Below, piece after piece: positions 55,980 through 64,000 of a DNA stretch of 64,000 bases. Every line of letters starts with the position of its first letter. Position 1 is the first letter of the stretch. The DNA comes from Octopus sinensis (Eukaryota): positions 46,500,001 through 46,564,000 of the forward strand of contig NC_043006.1 of NCBI RefSeq assembly GCF_006345805.1, in the 5' to 3' direction. Position numbers and translations under genes: made by a program. Below the pieces are notes generated by a model. The model was not told the DNA's origin and ran no database searches. It saw nothing but the letters and a program-made list of their open reading frames with translations.

Positions 55980-56560
55980 TTTACTTTCAATCTGCATGTT
56001 TGTTACAATCACGCGCCGAAACACACCCAGCGTCCTAGGGTGAGTGAAGGATAAGCGACGTTACATAATGACTGAAAGCTTGAGGAGGGCAAGTTTTAGG
56101 GGCAGTATCGAAATATCTTCATGTAATACAACACATGCATTTAAATTGATAGGGTTTTACTAAGGATGTGCGCTGTACTTGTAAGCACAATCTTTTGGAT
56201 TCCGCTGAGACATGATTCTCCGGAGATATTATCTAGATGTTTCCGACATCCCTTTCCTATACCAAGGGCGCCCACCTAACTGGAACAGTTCTTGGTTTAA
56301 GATGCTACACCCTTTGTATTTTTACTTAATTTCTCAAATTCCTTTACAAATATATGTTTATCTGTGGGAACATTTACATTTATTAGTCTCCAAGTATTTT
56401 CTTCATTGTCTTTATTGACTATGTCTGGTCGATTATCATGAATCGTTCTGTAGGTGTCGACTGTAAAATCTCAGAGGATAGTGACATTTTTACCTTCAAC
56501 GACTGGCTCAGGATAATGTTCATACCACATTTTTCGATTCGTTTGGTGTCAGCATAGGAC
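55980..56560 (-). mobile_element. R4/Dong-like RLE LINE 3' fragment
   Basis: Minus: WYEHYPEPVVEGKNVTIL*DFTVDT..NRPDIV..VPTD..KEFEKLSK..TVPV..IQKIVLTSTAHILSKTLSI* (stop at 56143-56141), then a 3' UTR; (AAT)n/(AAC)n lies just upstream. Confidence 0.88.
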
Positions 56561-56610
56561 TTCCCGAGACGAGATGGTTTCTTGTTTTATCAAATTTATC
56601 AAATTTATTA

Positions 56611-56705
<95 letters not shown>

Positions 56706-57249
56706 ATTGTTGTTGTCGTTGTCATTGTTGTTGTGTGAGAGAGCAGTGCGCTATCAAAGTGACGCTGGGTTATAAATATACGAAGCCCGATATACCCATC
56801 ACGACTACCAGTCTGATAAGGCACATGCATCACAACCATGTGTACGTGACATGGTGACCTCGTATCACGATATACAGCGCATGACTTTGCAGGTGGGGCC
56901 CAGTTAGAATTTTCTTTTGGTTGAGTAGCTCATCCTGCTCAAAAGGTCACTGAATAAGAGTTGTTTAAGGATGTTGAATGAAACGCCCATGTTTCCAGAG
57001 GCGAATTATTCAAACCCCAAAGAATTCCTCTAAACACATGGCTATGATGCAGCAACGATCCCGGGAAGCGCAGCAACGACCCGAGCAGCACAGCAAAGAT
57101 TTCAAGCAGCGAAGCAACACTACAGGCGATTGATCCATTCAGTAGAGTGGTGGACCAAATATTTTATGAATTGAGTGTATAACCCTCTCCGAATAGACAC
57201 GCGCAACAAAAACACTACATCAGTGCATATGATACTAATGCGGATGAGG

Positions 57250-57585
57250 AGACCCCCTTCGGTCATGAATGACCATGGGACTGCACCTAGAAAGTTACAC
57301 TCCGAGGCACAAGTCTGGGCAAGATTGTTTGTGGAAGGTTAAAAGTCGCCCATGCATACCAGCCTCCCCTCTCCACACCACTGATGTTATCCAAGGGAAA
57401 GGCAAAGGGGCCGATACAGCTTGGCTCCAGTGACGTCGCAACTCATTTCTACAGCTGAGTTAATTGCAGCAGCGTGAAATAAAGCGTCTTGCTCGAGAAC
57501 ACAACACACAGGCCGGTCCAGGAATCGAACTCACAACCTCACGATCGTAAGCTCTACGCTCTAGCCACTAAGCCATTCGCCTTCA
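57250..57585 (-). mobile_element. SINE family B, tail 1
   Basis: Reverse-complement match to 54738-55070. Confidence 0.9.
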
Positions 57586-57679
57586 CGGATTTGATACTAA
57601 TACATGGTATACAAAGCAAGTGAAACACACCGGGAGACCAGCGATTGCATATTTGCCCGCTAATTTCGACATCTATCCC

Positions 57680-58310
57680 ATTAGCACTGTATTTGATATG
57701 AAAACATTGAGATACGGCATAACCAAAATTAAGGGCCGAATTTAGTGGAAGAAGAAAGTTAGTGTCATTTATGTTACGCTGTATGCAAGCATATTTGCCG
57801 AGAATCGAATATCTCTCTAAACATCGATCCATCATTACAGTAGGACCATAACAGGAACAATATAAACAGTAAACAAGAAGACCACACAACCGCAAAATCG
57901 AAAACTTTCGAATGGAGATTCCCAGAAGTAAATCAATGAATACAGCAAAACAACTGAAGAAACGATAGGCAAAACATAAACAACAACATTTAGACCGGCA
58001 AGTATAGCAACAAATACTGCAATAACAAGGAATCGCACATTATCAACTCCGAACTCAGCAAAAATTTAAAAACAAACAACAAAAAGAACAATGTTGCAGC
58101 TGTAACAGCAAAATATATAAATTTACTTCTCTATGCCTTGTAGAAAATATAGAGAAAAGAAACACAGCATTGTTGAAATATATAGTGCAACTATAAATAT
58201 CAGTCTAAAACAGCAACGGTTTGAAAATTTCATAATTAAAACACCACAACATATGATAGTGCACATTATCGCTTCTCCCAAAATCGAAATCACAATCATC
58301 ATCACCATCA
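57680..58310 (-). pseudogene. Possible decayed class A GPCR-like multi-TM reading frame
   Basis: About 160 codons with only two stops and alternating hydrophobic/polar segments; motifs ILGEAI, FIVALYIS, YVLP..LLYSLI; after a frameshift CYGP and LNSALNFGYA. Family unresolved. Confidence 0.35.
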
Positions 58311-59307
58311 TCATCATGAAACAGAAAAATATAACGAAATCTATATAAATTCGAACGATGAAATCTAATGGCAGAAATGTTTCTCAGTTGCTTCCCTTGT
58401 TACCTGTCTAAAGTAAAGTACAATATTAATTTTGCCTCAATTGTTTTTGCGAATCGCCGCATTTAGCCATTCTATGCTTATTTCTGAAATGCAAAATATA
58501 CAAAATAACGAAAGCTATACTTATATTTATATAGTGTTCAGCCGTTGCAATCTCAAAATCATGAATAATAATATCTGACCGCTGAGGTTTTAGAAACGTT
58601 CCAATTCCAACAAGAAATGTAAATTCGTTACAACGAGTGTCCACTTTTATTTTGACTTCATATTGTACAACTTCCTACTTGACGTTTTGGTTGATAAAAA
58701 AAAGATTACTGATTTACCAAAAACGATATGATTCAGAGTAACCTCCGCCATTCTTATTTCTCCAGCTTAACCGAAACTGTGATTGCAATCTATGCATGCT
58801 TCAGCTTCTCAGTACTTTCTACATCCACATTCCGTATATCCTCAATTCCCAAACACACCTTGAGAAAACACTAGCCATACAGACTCTAGAAGTGATGCTC
58901 TATCATTCCTATAGCTCCCCTCTGACCATTCAAGAAAGTTCTCCATTACAATAATGTAATGTAGACTCTGAAATATGAACATAAATGGTGTGCTCTTTGG
59001 ATAGAGTAGAACAGATAATCTTATTCCACGATGTATTACATACAATTTGTCTTGGATAAATACCCTCATTCGCAGTATGGCACTTGCTCGTCAGTAATTT
59101 TTTCTAACAATGTTAAATCCTTTGTTGTGCAAAATGCTACAACCAAGCTGGTTACATATGAAATTAGGCAGCAGCCTTAATATCCCACGTGGTATAATAC
59201 TATCCCCCTCGTACGGCCCTTGTACGCAATTGGTGCTTAATTTATCCACCCCAAAAGGATGAAGGGCAAATTCGACCTTGGCGGAATTTGAATTCCGAAT
59301 GTAAAGA

Positions 59308-59353
59308 CATCAGATCGATATTACATTCCCGGGAATGTAATGTCGATCTGATG
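59308..59353. repeat. 46-bp palindrome centred on CCCGGG
   Basis: catcagatcgatattacattccc|gggaatgtaatgtcgatctgatg with one mismatch. Confidence 0.95.
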
Positions 59354-61742
59354 GATGGAGTGAGATTATGTCTACACAAACATTGGATCACTATAAATAA
59401 ATCATCTGTGTGGTTGTCCGGTAAGAAATTGGCGAACTCTCATGCGTCGTCTAATGATGGGAGAGTCCATTATATATAGTAAGGATGTATAAGGGCAGGT
59501 ACAGAACCGCCAATGATGGAGTTGGGGCACTGGTCTGCATGGACGGCTCTAGGCATAATGACACCTGTGGGACCGCTAACCTGGGATGACCCCAGTTCAA
59601 TCGAGCAAGAGTACACACACACACACACACGCACACATGTTTGTTTTATATACTTAGAACATCATTAAATAATGTTTCACTTCTTTCTCAAAACTTAGAA
59701 TGTGATTCGAGGGAGATTATGTTGCTATCTTCAGCAGGATGAGTAAACCACATAGATCCCCTATCGTTGGCCCCTCTAATGTTTATTCATTTCACGCGAT
59801 GTTCCAACTCAAACCCTGGCCAATTAATTCCCCACTTAGTCACTACGCTTGATACAAAATAATTATCAGCCTTGAACTATCGTCGATTAAATCTGTAATA
59901 CTGGCTCCTCACTTTTTCTTTTACAGCTTAGGAAATCGATATTATGATTTATATCACCTAAATTAATATCATAATTACTATAATAGTATCATAATTATCG
60001 TGTCATAATAAAACATTATAATATCATTAACATTATCAATAACTCCGTTATAACTGCTACAGCTGTTCTTACAGTAGTAGTGACGAGCAGGAACACCATC
60101 ACTACCACCACCAGCAACAACAACACATGTAGTAGTAGTAGTAGTAGTAGTAGCAGCAGCAGCAGCAGCATCGCTGTAGTTTTTACTACTAAACTACCAA
60201 ATAGCTGACTACAGAAATATCTCTATCGCCTGGATATCTTATTAGCCGCTTACAGATTTTATTAACTACAATATAAAAATGCCGCCAGCAGTGAGATTTC
60301 TTACTCCTACCACTACCATGTCCACTATCCCACTCAGCATTTTAATTCATCGCCATCGTCGTCGTCATCACCGCCATTACCACCACCACAACTGTTAGAC
60401 CATCACCACCACCAACATCATCATCATCATTACAATGAGCCCCACCATCATTGCAAACATGATATCATCATTCTAATTCACCCTGCTATAAGTCAGTAAA
60501 CTTCTATTCAGAAAACTAGCTAATTCACTTCCTCTTTTCCTATCGTCGCCCTTTTTCTATCCAACTAAGGACCAAGTACCCGATTACCAGGTTATGCTAG
60601 AAATAGAAGCGAAATATTTCACAAATCATAACAAACTGTCCAAATAAATCACATGAGTGTCATCACCAACACCATACTACTTTACTTTATTAAATTTGCC
60701 ATAAAGGCAGAACATAGAGTAAGGTAGCTTGCGGGCTGGTCACGGGCATTAATGAGATGAATGATAATGATACAAGGATGATAAGGATGGGAGAAGACGA
60801 TAAACGCCCACCGACTTTTGCTTCTCGAAAACATTGTTCTTTTTAAAAACACTGAATGAGGTGTTAACCCTCTTACTATTTTATAATTGTTCTATTTTAG
60901 GAACTAAAAAGTCCATACTTCTTACTACACCCATGTTATACAAGCAAACATTGTTTCTTCCTATAACTATTAGCTTACATAATAAGATAACTGCTTTTAA
61001 TTCTGTACTATCACCAACACCAACTCTGGGACTCACCATCTTCATACTGTTTAAATTTCGTCGAAACTTAGTAGCGAATTGTAACATCGAATGCTTAGTT
61101 TATGAATGCAGCAGTTTAGAGCACGGTACTCTGATTTCCTTATACTCTAGGTAAAAGACAAATCTATTTCCTACATAAAAATCATACTACTCGAAAACAT
61201 TCCTATTTTATTTCGTAGCTTTCACTGGTTGCATCTTTTAGTTGGCAGCTATAAACATGCTGCATTCGTTTGCATAATATTTTTTTAATTACTAGTCCAG
61301 GTGCCAGAATGTCTGATTTGAGTTTTTACAGTAGTATGTTATAGAGTTTTAATGTAATTACATTTGCTAATGTATCAATATACCAAACTTGTTCTCTTAC
61401 AAATTAAAATTCAAGTAACGTACAATTTGTTTTTTTTTATTATTATTATTTTATACATTCTTTGCTGTAATATATTACGTTTCATTAAACATTTAAATAC
61501 TTATATTTATAGTTGTGAATTGAAGTCAGCGCAATATCCTGATCGATTTATACATTAACGGATAGAAAATAAAAAAGTTTCACTCTCTATTGCGGGATAT
61601 AGTATATTTTATAAAATTCAACAAGCGATTAAACGGTGGATAGTTTGGTTGAGCACCAGACAAATTCATTGCAGAATACAATAGCAGGAATTATCTTCTG
61701 CGATCAAATCCAAAAAATGGCTCATTTCAGAAGCGATCTTGC

Positions 61743-62008
61743 ATCTTCCAAGTGAAAATGAATATCATCATTAAAGCGGTTGCTCGAGATAGCTTGACAG
61801 AATCGTTAGAATATCGTAAAAGATGTGTGTGACTTCAGGGCCAACCAAAACCTTCCGAGTAGATTCGCTAGAAATCTTCCAAGTGAAAATGAATATCATC
61901 ATTAAAGCGGTTGCTCGAGATAGCTTGACAGAATCGTTAGAATATCGTAAAAGATGTGTGTGACTTCAGGGCCAACCAAAACCTTCCGAGTAGATTCGCT
62001 AGAAATCT
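61743..62008 (+). repeat. Exact 131-bp tandem duplication within an old SINE C-like element
   Basis: atcttccaagtg.. starts at 61743 and 61874; no differences seen. Confidence 0.92.
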
Positions 62009-62313
62009 ATGTGGAAACCCGTCCCGTATATATTCATATGTGTTTGTGAATGTATGTATATATTTGTATGTGTGTGTATGAATATCTATTTCTCTATTAA
62101 TCCCCCACTGTTTGTAAACGATGTTGGCTTGATTACGTCCCCATGGATTAACAGTTCGACAAAATAAAACCACGACAATACTATAAGCATTAAACTTGAA
62201 AATAAATACTCGGATCTATTTTTAAGTCTAAATCCTTCGAGGAAGCACTTTACCGCGGCCCAAATTCAATCACTGAAACAAGTGAAGGCAAAACAATACA
62301 TGAATATATGCAA

Positions 62314-63090
62314 GTCGGCGAGATGGCAGAAACGTTAGCACGCCAGGCGAAATGCTTCGCGGTATTTCGTCTGCGGTTACGTTTTGAGTTCAAATTCCGC
62401 CGAGGTCGACTTTGCCTTTCATCCTTTCGAGGTCGATTAAATAAGTACCAGTTACGCACTGGGGTCGATGTAATCGAATTAATCCGTTTGTCTGTCTTTG
62501 TTTGTCCCCTCTATGTTTAGCCCCTTGTGGGTAGTAAAGAAATAGGTATTTTGTCTGCCGTTACGTTCAAATTCCGCTGAGGTCGACTTTGCCTTTTATC
62601 CTTTCAGAGTCGATAAATTAAGTACCAGTTACGCACTGGGATCGATCTAATAGACTTAATCCGTTTGTCTGTCTTTGTTTGTCCCCTCTATGTTTAGCCC
62701 CTTGTGGGTAGTAAAGAAACATGTATTTTGTCTGCCGTTACGTTCAAATTCCACCGAGGTCGACTTTGCCTTTCATCCTTTCAGAGTCGATAAATTAAGT
62801 ACCAGTTACGCACTGGGATCGATGTAATAGACTTAATCCGTTTGTCTGTCTTTGTTTGTCCCCTCTATGTTTAGCCCCTTGTGGGTAGTAAAGAAACATG
62901 TATTTTGTCTGCCGTTACGTTCACATTCCACCGAGGTCGACTTTGCCTTTCATCCTTTCAGAGTCGATAAATTAAGTACCAGTTACGCACTAGGGTCGAT
63001 GTAATAGACTTAGTCCGTTTGTCTGTCCTTGTTTATCCTCGCTATGTTTAGCCCCTTGTGGGTAATAAAGAAACATGTATTTCGTCTATA
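62314..63090 (+). mobile_element. SINE family A tetramer (177-bp units)
   Basis: Full head, then junctions at about 62531, 62708, 62885 and 63062. Confidence 0.92.
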
Positions 63091-63120
63091 CAGTTCTATA
63101 TTTAAGAGCTGAGTAATTAT

Positions 63121-63480
<360 letters not shown>

Positions 63481-63684
63481 GTGGGCAATTATGTAGTGAA
63501 TTTTAGGGCTTATAAATCTAGTATTCTCCCATCTTTCCTTAATACCGGTGCCCATATGCTGTTCGACACTTTGCAAATATCCATCAGATCGACATTAAAT
63601 TCATGGTCTGGGAATCAAACACACGATCTCGCAATCGTGAGTGCAACACCTTAAACACTAAGCCATGCACCTTCAGAAATAACT

Positions 63685-63987
63685 GCCACTCCGTCCCTTA
63701 CGACGACGAGGGTTCCAGCCGATCCCATCAACGGAACAGTTTGCTCTTGAGTTTAACGTGCAAGTGGTTGAGCACTCCACAGACATGTGTACCCCTAACA
63801 TAATTTTCAGGGAGATTCAGCGTAACACAGAATGTGACAAGGCTGGCCCCTTAAAATACAGGTACTACTGATTTTTGCCAGGTGCGTGGACTGGAGCAAC
63901 GTGAAATAAAGTATCTTTTGGCGGAAATCGAACTCAGAACCCTATGATCGGGAGCCGAAAACTCTAACCACTAAACCAAGAGCCTTC
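63685..63987 (-). mobile_element. SINE family B, tail 2 (an isolated B-type head lies at 63603-63675)
   Basis: Minus head gaaggctcttggtttagtggttagag..gagttcgattt; core and tail 2. Confidence 0.8.
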
Positions 63988-64000
63988 GTACGCACACACA

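Noticed and set aside
58842-59069. Ionotropic-receptor-like SLLESVWLVFSQG
   Set aside because: M1 is largely missing and no M3 SYTANL-type motif follows.
60834-61154. 106-aa ORF with AFNSVLSP..KFRR resembling GPCR TM7
   Set aside because: Isolated; the KFRR part derives from a short DNA palindrome read on both strands.

Overview
AT-rich, microsatellite-dense animal genomic DNA with no intact protein-coding gene that I can support. The SINE families and repeat landscape look like Octopus/coleoid cephalopod DNA, but that is from recall and unverified. Nearly all ORFs in the supplied track are simple-repeat artefacts. The window contains at least five tRNA-headed SINE families (one forming head-truncated multimers), three R4/Dong-type RLE LINE 3' fragments, two decayed mariner elements plus a fragment, a non-autonomous Helitron, several foldback/MITE-like palindromes (one with a TTAGGG-repeat spacer), a degenerate 5S rRNA copy fused to a SINE-like tail, a minus-strand TATA/CCAAT promoter near 1.1-1.3 kb, and weak class A GPCR-like remnants. 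The main hidden signal is a dispersed set of eight minimal type I hammerhead ribozyme motifs plus one 3' half, from five different sequence families. All have the self-complementary stem III typical of Penelope-associated, dimer-cleaving hammerheads, and one family sits in the tail of a tRNA-headed SINE. Most copies carry point defects, so activity is a prediction to test.
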